Origin: Octopus bimaculoides
Lineage: Eukaryota
Assembly: GCF_001194135.2 (NCBI RefSeq)
Contig: NC_069001.1
Span: forward strand, 30,918,868 to 30,955,862
Reading direction: 5' to 3'
DNA: 36,995 nt
A program made the position numbers and the translations under genes. How positions within the stretch are numbered: the stretch's first letter is position 1; each line of letters begins with the position of its first letter. This document shows positions 13,175-24,935 of the stretch, one piece after another. The notes beneath the pieces were generated by a model that saw only the letters and a list, made by a program, of their open reading frames with translations, searched no databases and was not told where the DNA came from.

Positions 13175-13790
13175 TTAAATGTATCTGATATGGGGGTATG
13201 TACGTGTGTGATATTTATACTTAAATTATATAAACCAATGTCGTTTATCTTAACGCCTCTTTATGACTGTTATCATAGATGCTTCATAAATTGCGCTAAT
13301 TAAATCAATATTTTGAAAATGGTGCCAACGTATTATTTTGCGAAGTAATCATTAGCTCAACAAAATTACATAAAAGCGTCATAATCTTCTGTTACAGGAA
13401 ACTGCACAGAAATAGTTGACTTGAAGACTGTACTCTTGAAATGATTCAATGAGATCTTAAAAACGCTTTTGAAATTCTCAATATTTTTTAGTACATCGTT
13501 GAATTTCTTTTTCACTGTTTTAAATAACAGAGATTATTTTAATGAAACCTGAAGTTATAGCATTTTCAAAGAGTCAGTATTTAAAAAAACAAAACTATAT
13601 AACAATAACTCGTTGATTTAACTGGTAGTTACATCGATCAATTCTTTTACCGGTGTAGTATTTTGGATAAGTCGTATTCGCCTTAAATCTTGTATACTAA
13701 ATTCTGATTTGTAGATCTTGAATTTCCTTTTATTAACATCTGCGTTAATTCCTCACCTCTTAAATATAGAACTGCATAATATGGCTGTTT

Positions 13791-13910
13791 GGAGGCCCAA
13801 AAGTGGCTGTGTGGTAGGTAGTTTGCTTACCAACCACATGGTTCCAGGTTAAGTCCCACTGCGTGGCATCTTGGGCAAGTGTCTTCTGCTATAACCTTGC
13901 GTCGACCAAC
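13791..13910 (+). mobile_element. 5' head of SINE family Y with Pol III boxes
   Basis: A-box-like TGGCTGTGTGG 13804-13814; B-box-like GGTTAAGTCCC 13847-13857; similar to reverse copy 19490-19623. Confidence 0.8.
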
Positions 13911-14029
13911 GAATCATTTGAGTGTCTGTCAACTAGAATTCCTTCTTAATCGTTTCGTCCCTGTTTGAGTTCAATTACAAACGAGCTCAAATTAACCTTT
14001 AAACCTTTGCAGAGTGAACACTGGAATCG

Positions 14030-14105
14030 AATTCAGTTTCTGAAACCGACTTTGCTGTTTATCGCTTCGGGGACTATAAAGTAAGTTCCAGTTGAACATT
14101 AGAAC
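14030..14105 (+). mobile_element. Highly degenerate SINE family X fragment
   Basis: ccgactttgctgtttatcgcttcggggactataaagtaagttccagttg resembles gtcgactttgcctttcatcctttcggggtcgataaattaagtaccagttg. Confidence 0.4.
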
Positions 14106-14684
14106 CTGTAAACTACTCGCCTCTTCCACTAAAATATCTGGCTTGTGTCTATTGTAGAAAGTATTTTTTTCTCTCTCTTTCTATTTTCCTCCGTGTCTCA
14201 CGTTCTCAATCAGCTCAACTACAATAAAACCTACAGAACTATGATGAAACTCACTGAAAAAACACTGAGGTTAACGACGGCGACTCTATGATTCCATTCA
14301 GAGTTGGGGACAAAAGAAAGAGAAAATTATGAATTTCTCATAAATAAAGTAGAAACGGTCAATTCTCATGGAACCGTTCATCCCAGCAATAATTTATTTA
14401 TAAGGCGAATTATTTTATTACCTAAATACAATTATAATACCGTAGCTGTTAAATAAAATCACTGAACGGGGCCGACTGCTTATTAAAAAACCTCAAGGAG
14501 AGAACTGGGATACTCGCAATTTCAGAATTTTTCTTTAACCTCCTGTATTCTTAGAAATCATAATGGAACATTCAAAATTATGGGTACATTAACTTGAACG
14601 CACCGGTGTAGTTTCCTCGCCTTTGCTAATAAAAAAATAGTGGATGTATGTCCTGCTAAACGCACACAATAACATCTCAGAAAG

Positions 14685-14910
14685 AAGGCGGTAAGGTGGC
14701 AGAAACGTTAGCATGACGGGCGAAATGCTTAGCGGTATTTCGTCTGTCTTAATGTTCTGAGTTCAAATTTCGCTGAGGTCGACTTTGCCATTCATCTTTT
14801 CAGGAGTCGATAAATTAAGTACCAGTTGCGTACTGGTTCGATCTAATTGATTGGTCCCCTCCCACCACCAAAAAAATTTTTCGGGCCCTGTGTCTAGAGT
14901 AGAAAAGAAT
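14685..14910 (+). mobile_element. Full-length tRNA-derived SINE, family X
   Basis: aaggcggtaaggtggcagaaacgttagc...gagttcaaatttc...agtagaaaagaat; near-identical to 26453-26661 and 24517-24935 (reverse); A/B-box-like motifs. Confidence 0.9.
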
Positions 14911-15475
14911 AACATTTTATAAAGAAATATTGTTCGAACACCTCGTGCAATATTAAAAAACGAGGGCACCTGAACTTGAACAAACTGATGCGATATCCTC
15001 AAGGCGATCGTTTGATAAACTAAAACTAGATATCGTATATCTTGCAGCAAATATCACTAACATTCGAGAAGTTATGAACACAGTAACAAGTGACAGAGAA
15101 GAAAACAATGAAGGAACAAAAAAAAGAAAGAAGCAAAACTATATAGTTAAAATGATTGATANNNNNNNNNNNNNNNNNNNNNNNNNNNNNNNNNNNNNNN
15201 NNNNNNNNNNNNNNNNNNNNNNNNNNNNNNNNNNNNNNNNNNNNNNNNNNNNNNNNNNNNNNNNNNNNNNNNNNNNNNNNNNNNNNNNNNNNNNNNNNNN
15301 NNNNNNNNNNNNNNNNNNNNNNNNNNNNNNNNNNNNNNNNTATATATATGCTGCGACTAGTACTACTACTACTACTACTACTGCTGCTGCGACTACTACA
15401 ACTACTACTACAATAGGCACCACTGCCACCACCTCCACTACATTAACTACTAATACCATCAGTATTACTAATGAT

Positions 15476-15568
15476 TCCCATGTGCACTATCTTTTGAAAT
15501 TCTGCCATTTTGGGGTTTCCTGGTACCTGAGCTAGGTAGCAATCAGCCCGTTTTGCTATTATTCCTAA
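15476..15568 (-). mobile_element. R4/Dong-clade LINE C-terminal coding fragment
   Basis: Reverse translation LGIIAKRADCYLAQVPGNPKMAEFQKIVHMG, the segment that precedes TAHILRK in this clade; abuts (ATT)n 15568-15602 and an (ACT)n-rich tract. Confidence 0.7.
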
Positions 15569-16326
15569 TTATTATTATTATTATTATTATTATTACTACT
15601 ACTATACAACACGAAGAGTTCGGTGCGATTGCAATTGATATTTTATTGGTAGAACGACATTTCGACACCTTGCCAGTCTTTATTCTTTAAAATTATTATT
15701 ATTATTATTTAGATTACAAAAACTATTATTAATATAATGATTCTTATAATTTCGTCTCTTTTTACACGCAGAGAAACGGGTGTAGTGATGATATGTGGAT
15801 AAATTTTGGAAAGTGTGAAAACTACAGAACAGGTATGGAAAGTAAAGTGCACTAAACGAATGATATCAGATTCGAGACACAAGGAAATGGGGTTCGCCGG
15901 TGTATAAGAGGTTTCTCTTTAACTACGTGACCTTCTTCAATTCCCATTTCTTCTGTGATTGAACATCGGAAACTCTACCTGTGGAGTTGAAAAGGAAATC
16001 AATACAATAACAATGTGCTGAGAGAGCATCTAAGAAAAATGAAGTCAAGAGAAGGGATTGAATTCTGTAATAGAGAAGCACATGAAGGTCAGTCGGTGCG
16101 CTAGCGGATGAAAAACCGACGATACGAAACTCATAGATGTATGAATTAAATAAGGATTAATGCTAAGGAGTTGGATTACAATAGCAAAATGGACAGACGG
16201 AGACGGAAGAAGTAGAGAGAGAGAGAGAGAGCGTAATGTTTAACAATAAATAAACCCTCGTTTAGAAAAAACATTAGGGAAAAACTCGAATACGAGGGGA
16301 GAACTTTATAAAGACGAATGATTGTT

Positions 16327-16946
16327 CTACTGTACTCTCATACACATATCTTCCACTTCCATGCAGTAGGGAATTCTCTCTATGTCCTCGAATGTGGCAA
16401 AAATCCACATTTCGAATCCAAATCTCCACCAGTTGCGCACTTCTGTTTCCGCCGCTGGTCCCATTTCTGGATCTCCCTTGGTTGCAGCAAGAATTTTTGC
16501 AATTAACCACTCCGGTTTAATTTCTGGTGGCACTCTTGGTATTCGTATCCTTACGCTTCTTCTTCCCCTGTAACTGGGTAGCAGTGTGATCTTTTGTGTT
16601 CTCAATATGGTGGTAGCGTGCCTGGTTGCCTCTTCTTTAGTGGCAAAACTCACCTCCACCGTGCCGATATACGTGGCCTGTTTTGCAATATCACCCAGGC
16701 ACTCCTCAATTTCTTCTTCTGTCACCATTTCAATTTTACAGGTTTCGACAGCCTGTATACGGTACACAACTGTCCTCAGCGTCTTGTCTTCCTTGGTCTC
16801 TTTTGGAGGGCGGATAATTTAAATGAGTCTCCCTCTACCTGTATCAAGTTCTTGCTTCTGCTCGCCCCTTCCATATCCACCTCGATCATTTTAGCTTCCA
16901 GCGGCACCGGCTTCTTCGCCGCAGCAGCCCTGGCGTAGCTCTCCAT
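16327..16946 (-). pseudogene. Disrupted ORF1 (gag-like) of a Tx1/L1-like non-LTR retrotransposon
   Basis: ATG at 16946 (MESYARAAAAKKP..., an SYA motif common at ORF1 N-termini). One frameshift near 16801-16805 joins ...SFKLSALQK to ETKEDKTLRTVVYRIQ...LLPSYRGRRSVRIRIPRVPPEIKPEWL..., where RIxIxxVPPxI resembles Tx1/L1 ORF1. Ends before any zinc knuckle; more GC-rich than flanks. Confidence 0.65.
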
Positions 16947-17100
16947 ACTGGAGACACTACCACTCGCCACAGCTGGGGAGAAAAATGCTGCGGTTCGCGC
17001 GAAACGTTACAATAAATTCACAATTATTCACAGAGATAACTTACAGTGATTCACACAGTTTTCACATAGTATCGCAGTAGTATTCACAATAACTCACAAA
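16947..17100 (-). promoter_or_regulatory. Putative 5' UTR/internal promoter of the Tx1/L1-like element
   Basis: Directly upstream of ORF1; five exact TTCACA plus one CTCACA within 17017-17098. Confidence 0.35.
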
Positions 17101-17537
17101 AAGAGATTTCTTTGGAGAAAGCGATGCATCATTGCATGTTTTCTTTTATAAGATATCATACACAGACCAGCCCAAATATTCAAACAATTCCCTTTCCCTC
17201 CCTTTCCTTCTCTCTTTCTTTTCTTTATTTAAATCAGAACAGAGAAAAAAAATATTTTAATTATACAGGTTGCTGTATTAAAGTAAATTCAGCCTCGTCG
17301 GTTTCAATTCCCTGTAATGACTAAATAATTTAATTGTTTTTCTTTTCTCTGTTCTGATTTAAATAAAGAATTGTTTCATCTCCGTGATTTTGTACATCCG
17401 TATTCTATGTATAGAAAAATCATTATGTTTCTTTTCATATGTGATTAAATGTTCGAGATGTGATATATTAGTTGGATGACCTTAAATTGGTTTATTCTCC
17501 AACCAAGGTTTGTTATATACATATATACATAGTGAGA

Positions 17538-17690
17538 TCGATAGATAAATAGATAGATAGACAGATAAAAAAATAGACAGAGAGACAGATAGATAAATAG
17601 ATAGATAGATAGATAGGGCGAAAGAGAGAGAGAGAGGGGGGGAGAGAGTGACACTAAGATAGGTAGATAGATAGATACATATATAGAGAG
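17538..17690. repeat. (GATA)n/(GA)n compound repeat
   Basis: Direct runs. Confidence 0.9.
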
Positions 17691-18159
17691 ATATATCCAA
17701 AAGCCAGTACACACATATCAGCAAACACGGAAGATGGATGTAAAGATATATCTACTATTTCCACCATTACTGATCATTCCCCGTTTATTTTCGAATGCCC
17801 TCATGTATCAGCCAACCTCCAAGTTTGTTTTCCAGAGAAAAGTATGTTCTTATGTCCCTCTGCTGCGTTTCTATGATTGAATTAGTTCAGAAAGGATGTG
17901 ACGCGGTAACTGGAAATGGCTTTCAATAAAGAATCTTACGTTTCTTCAAACCAAATATGTTTCCATCCGATTCTTTCCCACGTATGAAATTATTGTCTTT
18001 TCGTATGCTTCTCTTATTCGCCTTGCTTGGGTTGTCTTTAACTACTGCCTTTTATCTTCACGTTACTTAGAGGAAGCTAAACTCATACACGTAGCTATGT
18101 ACAACCCTAGATAAGTTGAAATAGATAGGCAGTTACATGTGCGTATATCGTTTCCATTC

Positions 18160-18213
18160 TATCTATCTATCTGACTGTCTGTCACTATGTATGTTTGTCT
18201 CCTTTTCTGTCTG

Positions 18214-18253
<40 letters not shown>

Positions 18254-18361
18254 ACTTACTGTCTGTCTGTCTGTCACTATGTATGTTTGTTTGCTTTTCT
18301 GTCTATCTATCTATCTATCTAATTAACTATGTATTTGCGTATTTATCTCTCNNNNNNNNNN

Positions 18362-18405
<44 letters not shown>
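18160..18405. repeat. (CTAT)n/(CTGT)n then (TA)n compound repeat
   Basis: Direct runs. Confidence 0.9.
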
Positions 18406-18407
<2 letters not shown>

Positions 18408-18602
18408 AAATTGTGTGTGTACCAGATTCTCTGTTTACAAGTATTTCTACTTAAAGTATATGTTTACGGGTAAATTGAAATGAGCTAAGTATACACAGAA
18501 TAAATTACATTTATTCTCCACATTAAACTCAGGCCTCTTCTTATCTAATTACTTTGAATTTTCCACTTGCACAAACACTCAGTAAATACACACGTTATAT
18601 AT

Positions 18603-18610
18603 GCGCGCGC

Positions 18611-18657
<47 letters not shown>
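18603..18657. repeat. (GC)n(GCGT)n microsatellite
   Basis: Direct run. Confidence 0.95.
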
Positions 18658-19489
18658 GTCACAAGTACATTTCTGAATAGAGAAAACCATGAAGGAATTC
18701 CCGACATTTATAACAATTGACACGTGATCACAATCCGCGGCCCCTTTGAATATTCACATCAGATTCTCTTTTTCCTCCGTCTATCCCTGTCTTCGTATCC
18801 CTCTATCCTTCTCTGTGCCTGTCTACCTGTATCCGTCTATGTGCCTCTCTCTCTCTCTTTTTCTCACACAAACTCACGTTTCTATTGGAGACAAAGTTTC
18901 TATCTTCTTATAACGCTATGTCACCGTCAATGTCTCACAGTCAGCTCAATATATGAGCATGGTTAACTGCGTAATTAATTTTTTTTGTATGTATGTATGT
19001 ACATATGTATGGGTGTATATATGTACGTACGTATGAATAAATATATGTGTGTATGTAAGCATGCGGATAAACAAATTAGATATATTAAATACAATATATA
19101 TATATATATATATATATATACGTAGATATGAAAAACGTGAGGCGGCAAAAATGGAGGCTTTAAGACGATGACTATTGAAGTAAAATATATAGATATATAG
19201 ATATTTGTTACACAGAGTACAAACAACAGAGAAAATTAAACGGGTGGAAGAAAGGTGGTGAAACTATTTGTAGCACGTAAAAACATGTATTGTGTTCTTT
19301 AGATAAATAACGTTTAGGAATATCTTTGACGTATTTCTCAACATATGCAACTTGTAGCACTTTCACATTTAAGGTTTTCTTTAAATAAATCATATCTATC
19401 TCTCACCAGATGGAGTACATGTTTTTGTTGAATTTTCTGTCACATTACTGTACATTACACACACACACACATACATATATAAATCTACC

Positions 19490-19623
19490 GAACCAAATTA
19501 CAGGCTTTGGTCGTTCCAAGGCTATAATAGAAAACACTTGCGAAAGGTTCCACGCAGTGGGACTGAACCTGGAACCATGTGGTTGGGAAACAAGCTTCTT
19601 ACCACATAGCTATGCCTGCGCCT
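19490..19623 (-). mobile_element. 5' head of SINE family Y
   Basis: Reverse: aggcgcaggcatagctatgtggtaagaagcttgtttcccaaccacatggttccaggttcagtcccactgcgtgg. Confidence 0.8.
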
Positions 19624-19742
19624 ACGCAAAATTTTATAAAATGTTTCTAACATAACGATTTAAATATATTCTTTAACCATATAACACAAGCCTTCTGTAG
19701 TTTTTTCACTCTATTTTGTCTTTTATATATATGTATATATAT

Positions 19743-19952
19743 ATATAAAATTAGTGTACATTTAAACACAAAAGAGGTGACCCTAACAAGACAACTAACA
19801 TGCTAGAAGGAGCAATCAAAATTCAAACCCCGGTTAGGGGCAATTTCGAAATTACTCCTAACTGTGGTTTGGATTTTGACTGCTCCTTCTAGCATGTTAG
19901 GTGTCCTGTTAGGGTCACCTCTTTTGTGTTTAAATGTACACTAATTTTATAT
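19743..19952. repeat. 210-bp loop-less palindrome (fold-back/MITE-like)
   Basis: 105-bp arms centred on TTTC|GAAA (19847/19848); 8 mismatches, no indels by hand pairing; TA-rich flanks. Confidence 0.95.
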
Positions 19953-20041
19953 GAATAATATATAGTCTATTGACTATTTTCTGCATGCTTGGCTACTGGT
20001 AGAACAAGTTCTACAATTTTCCTGCCCTGTATATTTTTCCT

Positions 20042-20073
<32 letters not shown>

Positions 20074-21494
20074 CACGCACACACACACATGTATATATAT
20101 AAACGTATATAATATTTGCTTAAGTGAATGGGCTTATTGCTTTTGTTGTTTTTGTTTTATATTTGAAATTCTGTTGTCCTCTCTGACATTGCCTAAGCAG
20201 CCTTGTGCAAAACTCTTAAAACACGTCATTTTTAGACTCCATGTATTATAGCACATCGATAATGCACTCGTATTTCCCCGAAAGATATTCATTTGTTACC
20301 CTTTATAATGTTCAGAAACAATAGAATTCCTACCATCTCCAGGTCGACTTTCTCAATGTGAATGACATGTTCGAAGACCTTTTATTTCTAGAAAATGTTC
20401 AATGAAATATCTGAAAGCATATTCTGAAATCAAAAGAAATTATGTAAGCAAGGGTCGCTGTATTAGCTACGGTTCTTTCTTGTCTGCCACAGAGATAGCG
20501 TCAACATTATTAATGGATCGATTAAACAATTCTCCAGCTTTGTATTCACATTTAAATTTATCTTGACGTTGTTGAGATAATATATCCTCTGAATATCTTA
20601 CGATTAATATTCGAAACGAAATACTTCTCTAATTAAGAATAATTTTCGAAAAATCTAATTTGAATACGTTTTAGTCGATATATGTATGTATGTATGAATG
20701 TATGCACATGTATGTATGTTTGTATATATATATATGCTCTTATATGTATGCTTGTGTGTGTGTGTGTGTTTGTATATATATATTAGGTCATCAAGTATGA
20801 AATTTGTAGAAAAGAAAAAAAAAGCTTGCTAATGTTTTATAAATAGAAGGAATAGTTTTATTCAGCCAAAGTATGCACCCATATTGTCAATACATGTTTG
20901 CCATTTCTGCGAAACTGTAAAAGCTTGGCAATCTAGATGTGTGTATTATGTATGCATGCAATTATGTATATGTGTATGTACGTATGCATGTATGTATAAG
21001 TGTATGTATGTATGCACGCACGCATGTATATATGTGTGTGTGTGTATGTATATATACGTACGTTTAAGATACTGCGTTTATTAAATAGTGTACACATGCA
21101 CACACACATACATACACACACAAGCACACACAAACGCATNNNNNNNNNNNNNNNNNNNNNNNNNNNNNNNNNNNNNNNNNNNNNNNNNNNNNNNNNNNNN
21201 NNNNNNNNNNNNNNNNNNNNNNNNNNNNNNNNNNNNNNNNNNNNNNNNNNNNNNNNNNNNNNNNNNNNNNNNNNNNNNNNNNNNNNNNNNNNNNNNNNNN
21301 NNNNNNNNNNNNNNNNNNNNNNNNNNNNNNNNNNNNNNNNNNNNNNNNNNNNNNNNNNNNNNNNNNNNNNNNNNNNNNNNNNNNNNNNNNNNNNNNNNNN
21401 NNNNNNNNNNNNNNNNNNNNNNNNNNNNNNNNNNNNNNNNNNNNNNNNNNNNNNNNNNNNNNNNNNNNNNNNNNNNNNNNNNNNNNNNNNNNNN

Positions 21495-21554
<60 letters not shown>

Positions 21555-21873
21555 GTACAATTATAGTTACATATATATGTATATATTTATTCATATATTC
21601 ATATTTATATATAATACTACCAAAATAAGTAGGTATACACGCAATTATATACACATACACACACACCTATACACATGCATTTGTATACCTATATATAAAT
21701 ATACATTCTTATTCGAATACTCAATCTTGTATATGTATATAAATATACATATACTCGTCTGATTGTGTATGCATGTATACATGTAAAATGTTACACGTAC
21801 ACACGCACACATATAAGCACATATTGAAGCTCACTAGCTTCCTACACCTTGATTCTTGGATCCTACCTTTACA

Positions 21874-21908
<35 letters not shown>

Positions 21909-22323
21909 TGGCAGAGGCTGACACATAGAGGCAGATAGAGATGCTATAAAAACCGACAGCGTAGATATTTACTAAAACGTCTAGAAACAAGGGAGACACA
22001 AACATACAAATATCTGTTTGTTCCGCATGTCTTTTTGTTGTTGTTGTTATTGTTGTGGCTGTTGTTATTGTTGGTATTGTTGTTGCTGTATATTTTAAAT
22101 TATTTTCTGTGTTGTCTCATGGTGAAAGAGACAAAACAAACATTGGATAGTTTACTAAGTCAAGTCAATCTCGTTCCCTTGTGACGAGATTTGCTTAACC
22201 ATGTTCAGGATTACGAAAAAACTTCAGGCATAAGCAATTAATTATGGGATATCTGCTTCCCCAAGACAGTACAATTTACCTTCTTCTGTAATCTCGTAAC
22301 ACAACAGCCACTAGGAATGTCGT

Positions 22324-22832
22324 TTCATCATCATCATCATCAAGGTCATCATCATCACCATCATCATCGTCGTCATCCTCGTATAAAGCATCATCGTCGT
22401 AGTCATCATAATCATCATCCTTGTCATTATCATCATCATTGTCATCTTCCTCTCCTCCTCCTCCCCTCCACCCTTCTCTGCTCTCTCTCCTCTTTGTTTC
22501 TTCTTTCTCCATTTCCTTCCATCCTTCATCCCTCGTCCTTGTTTTTCTCTCTTCCTTGTTTTTCTCTCTACCACCTCCCTCTCCATCTCCCCTTTCTCCT
22601 CTCCCCCTCATGCCTTTCCTCCGCCTCATGCCTCCTTCTATTTCTACTCCCCTCCTCATTCTTCTTTCTCCTCCTCCACTTTCTTTTTCCTCTCCCCTTC
22701 CTCTTGCTCCTCCTCATCAACTTCATCCTCAAAACTACGTATTTTGTGGTATCGACATTGTCATTCTTACTACTACTACAACTACAACTGTATGTCTACT
22801 ACTATTACTACTACTACTACTACTACTACTAC
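22324..22832. repeat. (CAT)n array, about 280-bp polypyrimidine (CCT/CT) tract, and (ACT)n array
   Basis: Direct composition. Confidence 0.85.
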
Positions 22833-22950
22833 CTGTATGTCTTGCATACAAAATAGCTGAGGAAAATTCTCTTGGAATACCCACGAAGTTCATAGCACTA
22901 ACATTAATTTTATATATATATACATATATATATACATACATACATACATA

Positions 22951-22982
22951 CATACACACACATATATAATATATATATGTAT

Positions 22983-23013
<31 letters not shown>

Positions 23014-23104
23014 ATATATATATATGTATATGCACACACACACACACACACACACATATAATATATATATGTATATACACACACACACACACACACGCAC
23101 ACAC

Positions 23105-23135
<31 letters not shown>

Positions 23136-23163
23136 TGTGTACACACACACATATATATAATAT
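22951..23163. repeat. Higher-order repeat of (AC)n-ATATATAATATATAT-GTAT units
   Basis: About 4 units of roughly 45-55 bp. Confidence 0.75.
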
Positions 23164-24091
23164 AGTTTACTGTTCTGTTGCGGTAAGATAAATGAAAAAT
23201 AAAATTGATCCAGAGAAAAGATATGTATCATTTAATGTACACAAAATTAAAATAAGAGGACATGTGCTCAGAGCCCACAGATTGCTTGGAGAAACAAGGG
23301 TTATATAAAACCCGCCAAATCACCACGGACGTACTTACAAACCCAAATACATACATATATGGGTGTGTGACTCCCTATATCCCTCTCTCTCTATATATAT
23401 ATACACACACACGCCCGTATATATGCGTATGCATAAATGTAGTCGTAGACATATAAATGAGCATAATTGTATGTTTATCATGCACATACATCTGTCAGTG
23501 TGCTTTCTGTGTTTAAATATATATATATGAAGATTTTAATTTGTGTGTGTATATGTCTATGTGTATAAATATTTCTGAGTACATACACATACACATACCA
23601 CTCACATATGCATGCATACATACATACATACATACATACATACATACAGATATAGATATAGATATTTATGTGCATCTATGTTTGTGTGTCTATATGTATA
23701 TAACTATACCGATATACATAGACCTAGACACACGTATGACGTATGTAAATGTATTAATCTAATTGTATAGCTGTCTAATTACATCTACTTTATCTCAGCG
23801 TCCGATTATTAATTCTGATTCGGTGTTGATGTCTGCCTAGTGTATTATAAGATCCGCTACTCTCTCGACCGCAACATACTTTAATTTCTTATTCCTAATC
23901 TTTTCATCATTTCAATAAATTCTTAGAAAATAAAAATAAAGCCGTTCTTGTACAGTCTTACTGCTCTCATGCAATCTCGAGTATCTAGACCCACTAACCT
24001 ACTAATTGTCTAATGCGATGGCCATATCTTACTGCATACAGATATTGACTCGATTTACAGATGTCTCCTGGTTTATCTTTTATCTTCTACT

Positions 24092-24215
24092 TAATTCAGT
24101 CATTAGATTTCGGTCATACTGGAGCACTGCCTTGAATTATTTTTAGTCGGACGAATCGACTCCTTTATTTATTGTTTTCTTACAATGATCGGTGCTTATT
24201 CTATCACTCAATTTT
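24092..24215 (-). mobile_element. Old SINE family Y 3' fragment
   Basis: ttcagtcattagatttcggtcatactggagcactgcc...cttattctatc. Confidence 0.55.
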
Positions 24216-24242
24216 GCTTGACATGAGCTGTTGTTCCGAATA

Positions 24243-24395
24243 TATCCCCGTATGTTAACGATTCGGCAAAACAAACCTCTCGAATAATAACAGCCTTGAA
24301 GTTGTAAGTAGTGGCTTCGATCTGTTCAACTAATCTCTTCAAAGCGGTGCCCCAGAATGGCGGCAATCCAACGAATGTAACAGATAAGATAAAAT
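24243..24395 (+). mobile_element. Old SINE family Y 3' fragment
   Basis: tccccgtatgttaacgattcggcaaaa...aaagcggtgccccagaatggcggcaatccaacgaatgtaacag. Confidence 0.55.
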
Positions 24396-24434
24396 ATATA
24401 TAAGCACATAATGACAAAGACACACAGACACTTC

Positions 24435-24495
24435 TTGGTCAATATAATACTTATTTTGGTCAATATAATACTTATTTTGGTCAATATAATACTTA
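24435..24495. repeat. 21-bp tandem repeat, about 2.9 copies
   Basis: ttggtcaatataatacttatt at 24435, 24456, 24477. Confidence 0.95.
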
Positions 24496-24516
24496 ACTCC
24501 TATATTTACAATTATT

Positions 24517-24935
24517 TACAAGGCCCGAAATTTTTCAGCTGGGGGCCAGTCGATTAGATCGATCCTCAGTACGCAACTGGTCCTTAATCTATTGACTCCG
24601 AAACGATGAAAGGCAAAGTCGACCTCGGCGGAATTTGAACTCAGAACGTAAAGACTGACGAAGTACCGCTAAGCATTTCGCCCGGCGTGCTAACGTTTCC
24701 TATTTCTTTATTGTCCACAAGGGGCTAAACACAGAGGGGACAAGCAAGGACAGAGAAAGGGTTTAAGTCAGTTACATCGACCCCCAGTGCGTAACTGGTA
24801 CTTAATTTATCGACCCCGAAAGGATGAAAAACAAAGTCGACCTCGCCGGAATTTGAACACAGAACGTAAAGACAGACGAAATACCACTAAAAATTTCGTC
24901 CGGCGTGCTAACGTTTCTGCCAGCTCACGGCCTTG
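24517..24935 (-). mobile_element. Dimeric SINE family X flanked by a 15-bp direct repeat
   Basis: Reverse: full monomer (24935-24700) fused to a head-less monomer (24699-24517); atatttacaattatt at 24502-24516 and 24936-24950. Confidence 0.9.

Noticed and set aside
16720-16790. CUGAGGA...GAAA...GUA hammerhead-like string on the minus strand inside ORF1
   Set aside because: Helix I cannot form, helix II is out of register by 2 nt and helix III is not palindromic; coincidental coding sequence.
16795-16825. Programmed -1 frameshift between the two ORF1 halves
   Set aside because: No in-phase X_XXY_YYZ heptamer (C_CAA_AAG is imperfect); a 1-nt loss in an A run is simpler.
22276-22856. Acidic or His/Pro/Ser-rich ORFs
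   Set aside because: Produced by (CAT)n and CT-rich low-complexity DNA; no recognisable domain.
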